Position numbers and translations under genes: made by a program. A model generated the notes under the pieces. The model ran no database searches and was not told the DNA's origin. It saw only the letters and a program-made list of their open reading frames with translations. Shown here piece after piece: positions 52,065 through 63,139 of a DNA stretch of 64,000 nucleotides. The stretch is from Squalus acanthias (lineage: Eukaryota): contig JASTWF010000034.1 in NCBI GenBank assembly GCA_030390025.1, forward strand, positions 682,001 through 746,000, written 5' to 3'. Position 1 is the stretch's first letter; each line of letters starts with the position of its first letter.

Positions 52065-52625
52065 GAGAAATGAACTGGGAATTGAATTCCAGGACTGAGG
52101 CGGGAGCAGTCTAATTTAGGCATCTCTGGGAATGAAATTCCTGGATTCAGGCGGGAGCATTTTAATCTAGGCAGCCCTGGGAATGAAATTCCTGGACTGA
52201 GATGGGAGCAGTGTAATCTAGGCAAACCCGGGAATGAAATTCCTGGACTGAGATGGGAGCACTGTAATCTAGGCAGCCCTGGGAATGAAATTCCTGGACT
52301 GAGGCGGGAGCAGTGTAATCTAGGCAGCCCTGGGAACGAAATTCCTGGACTGAGATGGGAGCAGTGTAATTTAGACAGCACCGGGAATGAAATTCCTGGA
52401 CTGAGATAGGAGCAGTGTAATCTAGGCAGCCCTGGGAATGAAATTCCTGGACTGAGATGGGATCAATGTAATCTAGGCAGCCCTGGGAATGGAATTCCTG
52501 GACTGAGATGGGAGCAATGTAAACTAGGCAGCCCTGGGAATGAAATTCCTGGACTGAGATGACAGCAGCGTAAACTAGGCAGCCCTGGGAATAAAATGCC
52601 TCGATTGAGGCGGGAGCAGTGTCAC
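52065..52625. repeat. 51-bp intronic tandem repeat (GGGAATGAAATTCCTGGACTGAGATGGGAGCAGTGTAATCTAGGCAGCCCT), about 11 copies
   Basis: 17-aa periodicity in minus ORF 52055-52381; direct inspection. Confidence 0.93.
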
Positions 52626-52685
52626 GTAGGCGAGTCCCATCACTGGGATCATCTCTCGGATCCTGCCGTTTAGGACCATTTATAC

Positions 52686-55250
52686 GAACAAACGAACATA
52701 CGAATTAGGAGCAGGAATAGGCCAATCGGCCCTTCGAGCCTGCTCCGCCATTCAATAAGATCATGGCTGATCTGATTACTCCACATTCCCGTCTACCTCA
52801 GATAACTTTTCACCCTCTTGCTTACCAAGAATCTATCTACCTCTGCCTTAAAAATATTAAAACACTCTACTTCTACCGCCCTCTGAGGAAGAGAGTTCCA
52901 AAGACTCACGATCCTCTGTGAAAAAACATTCTCCTCATATCTGTCTTAAATGGGCGACACCTTAATTTTAAACAGTGACCCCTAGTTCTACATTCTCCCA
53001 CAAGAGGAAACATCCTCTCCACATCCACTCTGTCCAGACCCCTCAGGATCTTATATGTTTCAATCAAGTCACCTCTTATTCTTCTAAACTCCAACGGATA
53101 CAAGCCTAGACTGTCCAACCTTTCCTCATAAGAATACCCACCCATTGCCGGTATTAATCGAGTAAACCTTCTCTGAACTGTTCCAACGCATTTACATCCT
53201 TCCTTAAATAAGGAGTCCAATACGGTACACAGTACTCCAGATGTGGTCTCACCAATGCCCTGTATAACTGAAGCATAACCTTGCTACTTTTGTATTTACT
53301 TCCCCCCGCAATAAACGATAACATTCTATTAGCTTTCCTAATTATTTGCTGTACCTGCATAGTAACCTTTTGCGATTCATGCACTGGGACATCCAGATCC
53401 CTCTGCATCTCAGAGCTCTGTAATCTCTCACCATTTAGATAATATGCTTTTTTATTCTTCCTGCCAAAATGGACAACTTCACATTTTCCCACATTATACA
53501 CCATTTGCAAGATCTTTGCCCATTCACTTAACTTATCTATATCTCTTGGGAGCCTCCTTATGTCCTTTTCACAATTTGCTTTCCTACCTATCTTTGTGTC
53601 ATTAGCAAATTTAGCAACCATACCTTCGGTCCCTTCATCCAAGACATTTATATAAATTGTAAAATGTTGAGGCCCCAGCACTGATCCCTGTGACACACCA
53701 CTCGTTACATCTTGCCAATTAGAAAATGACCCATTTATTCCTACTCTCTGTTTACTGTTAGCTAGCCAATCTTCTATCCATGCCAATATGTTACCCCCTA
53801 CACCATGAACTTTTATTTTCTCAATAACCTTTGATGTGGCACCTTATCAAATGCCTTCGCGAAATCTAAGTACAGTACATCCATCGGTTCCCCTTTATCC
53901 ACAGCACCTGTTACTTCCTCAAAGAACTCCAATAAATTGGTTAAATATGATTTCCGTTGCACAAAACCATGTTGACTCTACCTGATTACTTTGAGCTTTT
54001 CTAAATGCCTGCTATAATGTCTTTAATAATAGCCTATGACAGATGTTAAGCTAACTAGCCTGTAATTTCCTGCTTTCCGTCTCCCTCCCTTTTTTGAATA
54101 AAGGAATTACATTCGCTATATTCCAATCTAATGGAACCTTACCCGAATCTAGGAAATTTTGGAAAATGTAAACCAACGCATCAACTATCTCACTAGCCAC
54201 TTCTTTTAAGACCCTCGGATGAAGTCCATCAGGACCCGGGGACTTTTCAGCCCGCAGCTCCAACAATTTTCTCAATGCCACTTCCCTGGTGATAATAATG
54301 TTCTTGAGTTCCTCCGTCCCTTCCACTTCCTGATTTATAGCTAGTTCTGGGATGTTACTTGTATCCTCAAAATGAAGACCGATGCAAAATACCTGTTCAA
54401 TTCAACTGCCATCGCCTTATTTTCCATCATTAATTCCCCAGACTCACTTTTTATAGGACCAACGCTCACTTTGTTGACACTTTTCTTTTTAAAATATCTA
54501 TAGAAACTCTTACTATCTGTTTTTATATTTTTGCTAGCTGCTTTCTCTCGTACTCTAATTTTTCTCTCCTCATTAATCTTTTAGTCATTCTGTGCTGTTT
54601 TTCATATTCTGTCCGATCTTCTGATCTGCCAGCCATCTTTGCGCAATTATATGCTTTTTCTTTAAGTTGAATATTATCTTTAACTTTTTTAGTTAACCAC
54701 GGATGGTGGGTCCTCCCCTTGGAATTTGTTCTTTCTTATTGGAATGTATATATTCTGTGTATTCTGAAATATCCCCTTAAATGTCTGCCACTGCAACTCT
54801 ATTCACCTATCCCTTAAACAAATTTGCCAGTTCACTTTAGCTAGCTCTGCTATCATGCCCTCATAATTGCCCGTATTTAAGTTTAAAATACTCGCCTTGG
54901 ACCCACTCTGTTCTGTCTCTCAAATTGAATGTAAAATGCAATCATTTTATCGCTGCTACCTAGGGGCACCTTCACTATGAGGTTATTAATTAATCCTATC
55001 TCTTTGCACAATAACAGGTCGAGTTTCGCTCCAGAACGTGATGTTGTAAGAAACTATCCCGAAAACAATCCATGAACTCCTCATCTATGCTGCATTTGCC
55101 CATCTGATTTTTCCAGTCTATATGCAGATTAAAATCCCCCATGATTAATTAAGAGAGCCACCCTTCCACCTTTTCCCACCTGCCTGTCCTTCCTAAATGT
55201 TATTTACCCTTCAATATTCAGGTCCCAATCATTGTCATCCTGCAGCAATA
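52686..55250 (-). mobile_element. CR1 LINE (APE C-terminal part to 3' end), degenerate
   Basis: ORF 53154-53786 SGVSQGSVLGP...FANDTK...RPHLEYC; ORF 54051-54326 KSPGPDGLHP. Confidence 0.9.
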
Positions 55251-56475
55251 TAAAAGAAAATAAAGGAAGGAGGAGAGAGCGGGAGGAGCGGCCGGTGATA
55301 AAGGAGGGCGAGAGAATCCGGACCATAAAGAGAAGAAATGGTCAATAGATGATGATTTTTTTAAATATTGAGTTGAATTTTGTTAAGTTAGTTAATAGTC
55401 TATTAAATAGAGGCATGGCAGGGCACCTCAGTCCGGTGGAATGTACATCTTGTGCCTTGTGGGATCTCCAGGACACTGCCCACGGATTTCGGAGATTGAG
55501 CAGCAGCGGGCGTCACTGCGGTGCATCCGTGAGGCTGAGAGTTACGTGGATAGCACGTTTCAGGAGGTGCTCACCCCGCAGCATAAGAGTGAGCGGGCAG
55601 AGAGGGAATGGATGAGCGCCAGACAGACAAGGAGGACTATGCAGTTAGTGCAGGAGTGTACTGAGTGCATCTCACTCTCTAATGTTCGATGTTCCCTCTG
55701 GGGAGTGCAGCCCAAGCCAAATCCACGGCACCACGCGGGGCTCAGTTGTAGGTCGGGGGAGGAGGAAGATCGGGAAAGCAACAATGATAGGACATTCGAT
55801 TAGTTAGGAGAACAGACAAGCCTTTCTCCGGCCACAGAAGTGACTCCAAGACGATATGTAGCCTCCCTGGTGCCAGGGTCAAGGATGTCACTTAGTGGCT
55901 GCAGGACATTCTGAGGGGGGAGGTATCGGTATCAACAACATAGGTAGAGAGAGGGATGTGATCCTGCGGGCAGATTATAGGGAGCTAGGAAAGAAATTAA
56001 GAAGCAGGACCTCGACGGTAGTAATCTCCAGATTACTCCCGGTGCCACCAGCTGGTGATTATAGAAATAGAAGGATAGAGCAGATGATTGTGTGGCTGGA
56101 GATATGGTGCAGGAGGGAAGGCTTTAGATTCTTGGGACATTGGGACAGGTTCTGGGGGAGATGGGACCTGTAGAGGCCGGTCGGATGGCACCTCAACAGA
56201 GCTGGGAGCAATATCCTCATGGGGGCGGGGAGGTTTGCTAATACTGTTGGGGAGGGTTTAAACTAATCTGCCAGGGGAATGGGCACCAGGATGTGGCATT
56301 AGAAAGGAGAAACAAGGTGCACAAAGGATTGGGAGAGACAGATAACAGTTGATTAAGGAAAAGTACGGTGTTAGGTGGAGTCAGAATAAGAGAGAATCCA
56401 AGAAGGTCTAAGATAGAAACAGAAAATGCTGGAAACACTCAGTAGGTCAGGCAGCATCCGTGGAGAGAGAATCAG

Positions 56476-56512
56476 AGTTAATGTTTCAGGTCTGTGACCC
56501 TTCGTCAGAACT
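56476..56512 (-). ncRNA. Second hammerhead motif in the inverted arm (palindrome mutated to ACAU)
   Basis: Minus strand AGUU-CUGACGA-A-GGGUC(ACA)GACCU-GAAA-CAUU-AACU. Confidence 0.55.
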
Positions 56513-56878
56513 GGAAAAAGTTAGAGATGCAACAGATTTTAACCAGGTGCAGGGGCAGTGAAAGGAGGGAGGGGAGGAAATAACAAAAGGGTGGAAGGCA
56601 GGAGTGGTTAAATGTTGCAAATAGGGATGGCAGAATCATCAACAGCTGCCGCCTGAGCTGCAGTCAGAGTGGGAGTGGAGCGGAGAATTAAAGTGACAAG
56701 CGCTCCACTCCCACTCTGACCTCTCTGTCCTCGGCCTCTTACAACGTAAGCTCGAGGAACAACACCTCATCTTTCTATTCACAGGCCGACCCTTTTATTA
56801 TTTCCTCTCCCCACCCCCCCGCCCGCCTTACCCTGCCCCTACACCTGCTTAAAACCTGTTACCTCTCTAAACTTCTCC

Positions 56879-56915
56879 AGTTCTGACGAAGGGTCATCGA
56901 TCTGAAACGTTAACT
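56879..56915 (+). ncRNA. Minimal type I hammerhead ribozyme motif in the Penelope-like repeat
   Basis: AGUU-CUGACGA-A-GGGUC(AUC)GAUCU-GAAA-CGUU-AACU: core boxes, stem II, palindromic ACGU and stem I AGUU/AACU. Confidence 0.65.
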
Positions 56916-57027
56916 CTGTTTGTCTCTCCACGAATGCTGCCTGACCTGCTGAGTTTTTCCAGCATTTTCTGTTGTTATTTCAGATTTTCAGCATCCGCAG
57001 TGTTTTGCTATTGTAAGGTCTAAGATA

Positions 57028-57488
57028 AAAGAAAAACTTACATTTATACAGCGCCTTTCACGATCACCAGACATCTCGAAGCGTTTTACAGTCAATGAAT
57101 ACTTTTGGAGTGTAGTCATTGTTGTAATATGAGAAATGCCGCAGGCAATTTGCGGAAAGCAAACTCCTATAAACAGCAATGTGATAATGATCAGATAAAC
57201 TGTTTTTGTTATGTTGATTGAGGGATAAATATTGGCCAGGATACCGGGGATAACTCCACTACTTTTCTTCAAACTAGTGCAATGGGATATTTTACGTCCA
57301 CCTGAGAGAGCAGACGGGGCCACGGTTTAACATCTCATCTGAAAGACGGCACCTCTGACAGTGCAGCACTCCCTCAGTACTGCACGGGAGTGTCAGCCTA
57401 GATTTATGGGCTCAAGTCCCTGGAGCTTGGAACCCACAACCTCTGACTGAGAGGCGAGTGTGCTACCTACTGAGCCACAGCTGACACT
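57028..57488 (-). mobile_element. Deu-domain tRNA SINE (SacSINE1-like), full length
   Basis: Minus head GTGTCAGCTGTGGCTCAGTAGGTAGCAC...GGGTTCCAAG; central GGAGTGCTGCACTGTCAGAGGTGCCGTCTTTCAGATGAGATGTTAAACCG; L2-like tail AGGCGCTGTATAAATG. Confidence 0.8.
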
Positions 57489-58912
57489 GTCAGATAGGTT
57501 TACAATGCATGTGTGTAAACGCACGAAGAGTGGTAAATAAGGTTGGTGAGCTGCAGGCGCAAATAGCGACATAGGCAAATGATGTTGTGGCAATAACAGA
57601 GACTTGGCTCAAAAAGGGCAGGATTGGGTACTAAATATTCCTGGATATAAGATGTTCGGGAAAGATAGGGAAGGAAACAAAGGAGGTGGGTTTGCAATAT
57701 TGATTAAGGAGAATATTACAGTGCTGTAGAGAGAGGGTGTCTTGGAGGGGTCAAGGACACAATCTATTTGGTTAGAGTTAAAGAACAATAGAGGTACCAG
57801 TACACCGCTGGGTGTATTCTATATGCCACCAACTAGGAGGAAGGATATAGAGGAGCAAATCTGCAGGGGAATTACAGTGTGGTGGAAGAAATATAGAGTA
57901 GCAATAATGGGGGACTTCAATTGACCTAATATTCACTGAGATAGCAATAGTTTAAAGGGCAGAGAGGGGGACGAATTTCTGAAGTGAGTTCAAGAGAACT
58001 TTCCTGATTGGTGCATTTCTGGCCCAAAGAGAAGGATCCAGTTCTGTGGAGTGGGGTAGCTAAAGTGGAGCAAGTGTCAGTAAGGGTACATTTAGGGAAG
58101 AGTGATCATTGTATCATATGGTTCAGATTAGCTATGGAAAAGGACAGGGAGCAATCTAGAGTAAAAATACTTAAAAGGAAGAGGGCCAATTTCAGTGGGT
58201 TGAAAACGGAGCTGGCCTGTGTAAATTGGAATCAAAGATTGGCAGGCAAAATTGTAATCGAACAATGGGCTGCCTTTACAGAAGAGATGATTGAGGTACA
58301 ATCGAGGGACATTCCCACGGGGGGGGGGGATATGGTAGTGCAGCCAAAGCCAGAGCTCACTGGATGACGAAACAAATCGTGGAAGTTGGAGGTGAGAAGA
58401 AGCAAGAATAGGGGGCGTATGACAGACGTCAAGTTCAGTACACAAGTGAGAACATGGCTGAATATAGAAAGTTCAGAGAGGAAGTGAAAAAGGAAATAAG
58501 AGGGGGAAAGAGAGAGTATTAGAATAGATTGGCAGCTAACATAAAATGGAATCCAAAAGTCTTCTATATTCATATAAATATTAAACGGGCAGCAAGAGGA
58601 GGGATGGGGCCGTTTAAGGACCAAAAAGGAGACCTACGAATGGAGGCCGAGGGCATGGCTGAGATACCAAATGAATGCTTTGCATCTGTCTTTACCAAGG
58701 AAGAAGCTGCTGCCAAAGTCATAGTGAAAGAGGAGGTAGTTGAGATACTGGATGGGCTAAAAATTGATAGAGAAGGTACTAGAAAGGCTGGCTGTACTTA
58801 AAGTAGATAAGTCACCAGGAGCGGATAGAATGCATCCTCGGATGCTGAGGGAGGTAAGGGTAGAAACCGCGGAGTTACTGGCCATAATCTTCCAATCTTC
58901 CTTAGATGCGAT

Positions 58913-59660
58913 GGCCCAGAAATTAAACATGGCTGGTTCCCGCGGGGGTAAGGATTCCCCGCGATATCGCACTCCGCGCCTACCTTTTTGCTCCGGGCCC
59001 ACACGAACTTTAGTTTCAAAGGCTCTCTCTGTTGGAACCGTGCAGTGCTTGCGTGTCCCAGAGGCGCAATTAGTTCGTGCGAGCTCTGCGATCACGTGAT
59101 TCAGGTGGAGCCAATGGCAGCACTCCATCTTTCATTCATAGTTTTGACGGCAAGAGCTGTCAAAGCTATGAATACTACACACCCCCAAAAGAACAGCTAA
59201 ACCTCAATTAAATTTTAAAAAGCCATCACATTAATAAAATAAGTATATTTAAATAAATTAATCACTTTAAACAAAAAATTAAATTTTTGAAAAAATTTAA
59301 AATCTTTTTAAAAGTTATAAAAATAAACTTACCTTTCTTAAAGTCTCTAAAAAAGATAAACCTGTTGAAAAAAATTTAAAATAATACTTAATTAACTACT
59401 TACCTTGTTAAAAGGGGGTCGTACGCCTGCTTTCTTTGTGTGTAAAATCGTCACCACTTACCTGCGCGTTCAAAGCTGAAAAAAAACTAAGTGCACTGCG
59501 TGCGCACAGCCTGTAGTTCACTTAGGAACAACCCCTTTGCAATTCACGAAGTACCGGTTTCCCACGCACGCGCAGTGCATGCAGGAAACCGGCAATTCGG
59601 GATCGAATACGCGAGAGTACACAGTGCGTACTCTCGCGTATTAGGTTTAATTTTCGGGCC
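58913..59660. mobile_element. Non-autonomous DNA transposon (MITE), PIF/Harbinger-like
   Basis: TIRs GGCCCAGAAATTAAAC / GTTTAATTTTCGGGCC; 3-bp TSD GAT at 58910-58912 and 59661-59663; AT-rich core; cleanly interrupts the CR1. Confidence 0.82.
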
Positions 59661-59755
59661 GATTTGTTGCCAGAGGACTGGAGAATTGCAATAGTTACAC
59701 CCTCGTTTAAAAAGGGTGTAATGATAAACCCGGCAACTATAAGCCAGCCAGTTTC

Positions 59756-60392
59756 ACATAGAAACATAGAAACATAGAAGATAGGAGCAGGAGTAGGCCA
59801 TTCGGCCCCTCGAGCCTGTTCCGCCATTTAATGAGATCGTGGCTGATCATACAAATTCAGTACCCTGTCCCTATTTTCTCCCCATATCCCGTGATCCCTT
59901 TAACCTCAACAAATATATCTAACTGCTTCTTGAGATTATTTAATGATTTGGCCTAAACTGCCTTCTGTGAGAGAAATCCACAGGTTCACCACTCTCTGTG
60001 TGAAGACATTCCTCCTCATCTCAGTCCTAAATGGGTTACCCCTTATCCTTAGACTGTGACCCCTGGTTCTGGACTCCCCCGCCATCGGGAACATCCTTCC
60101 TGCATCTAGTCTGTCCAGTCCTGTTAGAATTTTATAAGTTTCAATGAGATACTCTCTCATTCTTCTAAACTCTAGCGAATATAAGCCTAATCGAACCAAT
60201 CTCTTTTTAAACGTCATTCCTGCCATCCCTGGTATCAGCGTGGTGAATCTTCGCTGCACTCTCTCCATGGCAAGAACCTCCTTCCTCAGTTAAGGTGACC
60301 AAAACTGCACACAATACTCAAGGTGTGATCGCAGCAAGACCCTGTACACCTGCAGCAAGACATCCTTGATCCTGTATTCGAATCCTCTCGCT
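59756..60392 (-). mobile_element. CR1 3' fragment, same subfamily as 8235-8710 and 21375-21900
   Basis: (catagaaa)n tail; ORF 59936-60268. Confidence 0.88.
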
Positions 60393-60733
60393 GTGGGTCA
60401 ATTTCGCGAGCAGCGTTAAAATAGTCGCTCTCGGGCGCTAAATATGTAGCGCCCCATTACACCTCCCCCCCCCCCGAAGGTGCTGAGGGGAGGTGCTAAC
60501 CCACCGACTTTCCCCCCCCCATGTTTTACTGGGTTTCTCTCTTTGTCGTTCCCCATCCCATCCGCGCTGCTGTCAGCTATTGATTCTGAAGATGATTTCA
60601 CGTTTCCAAGACTCAAATGTAAATTTATTGGAGGTGACTCTTTATTTAACGAATTTCAGTCTGCTACCGACACTGAACATTAGTGACAGATCAGAAGAAT
60701 GCTGTCTTGGTTTAGGAGACGTTTCACCTAATG

Positions 60734-60866
60734 GCGAAAGGCCATCGACCCGAAACTTTAACTCTGTTTCTCTCTCTCTCCACAGATGCTGCCTGACCCG
60801 CTGAGTATTTCCATCATTTTCTGTTTTCATTTCAGATTTCCAGTATCCGCAGTATTTTGTGTTTGT
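60734..60866 (+). mobile_element. 5'-truncated Penelope-like terminal repeat with 12-bp TSD
   Basis: TTTCACCTAATG at 60722-60733 and 60867-60878; body matches 56887-57010. Confidence 0.8.
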
Positions 60867-62180
60867 TTTCACCTAATGCTCGATATGGTTACTTACAGAG
60901 TCACAGGAACAAATCCTGGCAGATCACATCCACATCTTTAAATGTCTGAAATATCCGCTAATCATTCAGCTCCAGTCAGTGTCTCCTTTCCCACCCTCTC
61001 CAGTTCTGCATTATTGGCACTGCTTCTGATGGTTAAAGTAAGATTACAAGGATAATTTACATTCTCACAAAACGTTAATTCAGCCAAATTTCGTTCCATT
61101 TCTTTCTAATCATTGTTTTGAATTTACAATTGGATCCCATGCCCGTCTGACACAGTTCAGTGGATCTGTCAGTGAGACCCAGAGTGATTCTCTATTGCCT
61201 CCTGCTGCACTTCAGGATAAACAATCCCAGCTGATTCTAACTGAAGTACTGAGGATAAGAAAATCCTTTGATATCTTCCCGTCTAATATTCTCTGCACAG
61301 GTTGGAAACAACAGGTAAAAAAGTACAAGGAGGAAATCTCTTCCATTTGTGTTCAGATACTTTACAACAGCATTCGGCAGCACTTTGCCTGTGGGATAAA
61401 ATGTCTGATTTCGATACTGATAAATGCATTTAGTGGGACATTAGCTGGTCAATCATCACTGATTACTTTAATTCAGAGTCCATTATTTGCAAGTTACTTG
61501 GCAAATCTTCCTTTCAATGAGCTAGAATTTGAGTATTTCAACAAAAATGCAGTACACTCAATCTCCAAAACATATCTGATAGCCCAGTTATCTTTATAAC
61601 TGCAGTGCACTTGCATTTATTATCTTAGCATTGTCATATAACATCTGTACATTTTACATAAAATTGCCTGTAATTATTGCATGCCAAGGTTGGAGTTTCT
61701 GTATTTTGCTGTTGCATTCATTTTCAGTTCTAAATAGAATGGATATTCTGACCAGGAGCAGGAATCCAAGCGGGATTTCCCCTCCCTAACACAATGGCAC
61801 AGAAGCGAATTGCACCGCTCCAAATGCTGACTGAACCCGGGACACGAAGGCTTCCTGAGAGGGTTTGGTCATTTGTGTCTCTGGTACCTCGGGCGGTGCT
61901 TTTGTCTGCTGGGCTAAATTTAGATCGATCATTTAATCTCTCCTTGATCAAACATCTGTTACTTTCATGTTGTATTTATTCCCATTTCACTTATTGATTC
62001 CACAATATATTCCCGTATATTCTTGCAATAAGCCCTGTATTGAGCGCCATAGTTAATAGGATTATATTATATCATTCAATGTCGCTCGTGAGTTGCAGAT
62101 TTCACCCCGAATTCCATCAAACTGCTGCTTTTGCTCCCAGCCTGATGAATAATTTCCCTGTTTATTTCCCTTCCTCACAG

Positions 62181-63082
62181 TGAACTTAGTGACGATTGTG
62201 ATCCTTTCTCGGGGAAAGTGTGGACTATCCAAATGTGTCACTCGCTACCTGGTGGCCATGGCAGCGGCGGATCTACTGGTCGTTATCCTCGACGTGATAT
62301 TGAGGCACATTCCCATTGTTTATTGGGAACAGTTTGATTTCGTGTATTTCATCCCCGTGTGTAATATCCACGCTGTCCTGCTGTTCACAGCCACAGACTG
62401 TTCTGTCTGGTTCACCGTCACTTTCACATTTGATCGATTTGTGGCCATTTGTTGCCAGAAGCTGAAAACTAAATATTGCTCCGATCAAACGGCAGCTGTG
62501 GTTCTGGGAACAGTGACTGTGCTGAGCGGTTTAAAGAACATCACCTGGTATTTTATGTTCACAGGTCGGTATTGGCTTCAGAACAGCCCCTGGTTTTGTG
62601 ATGTCACAAAGGATGTTCAGTATTCACGGGTCTGGGGAACAATCGAGCTCCTTCATTATATTCTCACCCCGTGTGTCCCATTTGTGGTGATTGTGCTGCT
62701 CAATGCTGTCACCGTCAGACACATTTTAGTGGCCAGCAGAGCCCGCAGGAGACTCCGGGGTCCCAGCAGTGGGGAGAGTTCCAGAGACCCAGAGATGGAG
62801 AGCCGCAGGAAATCCATCATTTTACTGCTTGTTATCTCCGGCAATTTCATCCTGTTATGGGCAGTGTTTATGGTGTATTCTATATGGGGCCGGTGGTGGT
62901 ATTTGGGGTATAATTCTGTATTTCTACCTGATTATGTAATGGAACTGGGATTCATGCTGCAGCTGCTGAGTTGCTGCACAAACACTGGGATTTACGCCGT
63001 GACCCAGACTAAGTTCAGAGAGCAGTTGAAGAATGTGGGGAAATATCCCTTTACACTGATTGTAAAACTCATTAAAGGATGA
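62181..63082 (+). CDS. Exon 2 of GPR139/GPR142-like class A GPCR (paralog B), TM1 end to stop
   Basis: Polypyrimidine tract plus CAG acceptor at 62180; uninterrupted frame with AMAAADLL (TM2), CNIH, FDRFVAIC (TM3), ECL2 Cys, FILLW (TM6), CCTNTGIY (TM7); TGA at 63080-63082. Confidence 0.93.
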
Positions 63083-63139
63083 GAAGAAACGGAGACTTTG
63101 CAGCCCAAGAGTTGACAGTTCCCTGGGCCTGATATTCTT

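Larger units (their letters stand above)
56416..57014. mobile_element. Penelope-like element remnant with inverted terminal repeats and 13-bp TSD
   Basis: AAGGTCTAAGATA at 56403-56415 and 57015-57027; arms 56416-56550 and 56845-56975 are reverse complements; internal GIY-YIG tail remnants CHFNSPLHSHSD and SHSDLSVLGLL..RKLEEQHLIF. Confidence 0.8.
55250..59755 (+). mobile_element. CR1 LINE 5' portion (ORF1 zinc finger/esterase, APE) hosting three nested insertions
   Basis: MAGHLSPVECTSCALWDLQD; FLGHWDRFWGRWDL; AIMGDFN; KSPGADRMHP; resumes as PEDWRIA after 59663. Confidence 0.88.

Noticed and set aside
51580..52065. ORF-track proteins 51580-52065 and 5387-5905 taken as complete proteins
   Set aside because: They start at GTG just past the TATA-like box and read through the splice donor; better explained as exon 1 plus flanks
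61195..61599. 134-aa intronic ORF
   Set aside because: Non-ATG start, no recognisable domain or splice support
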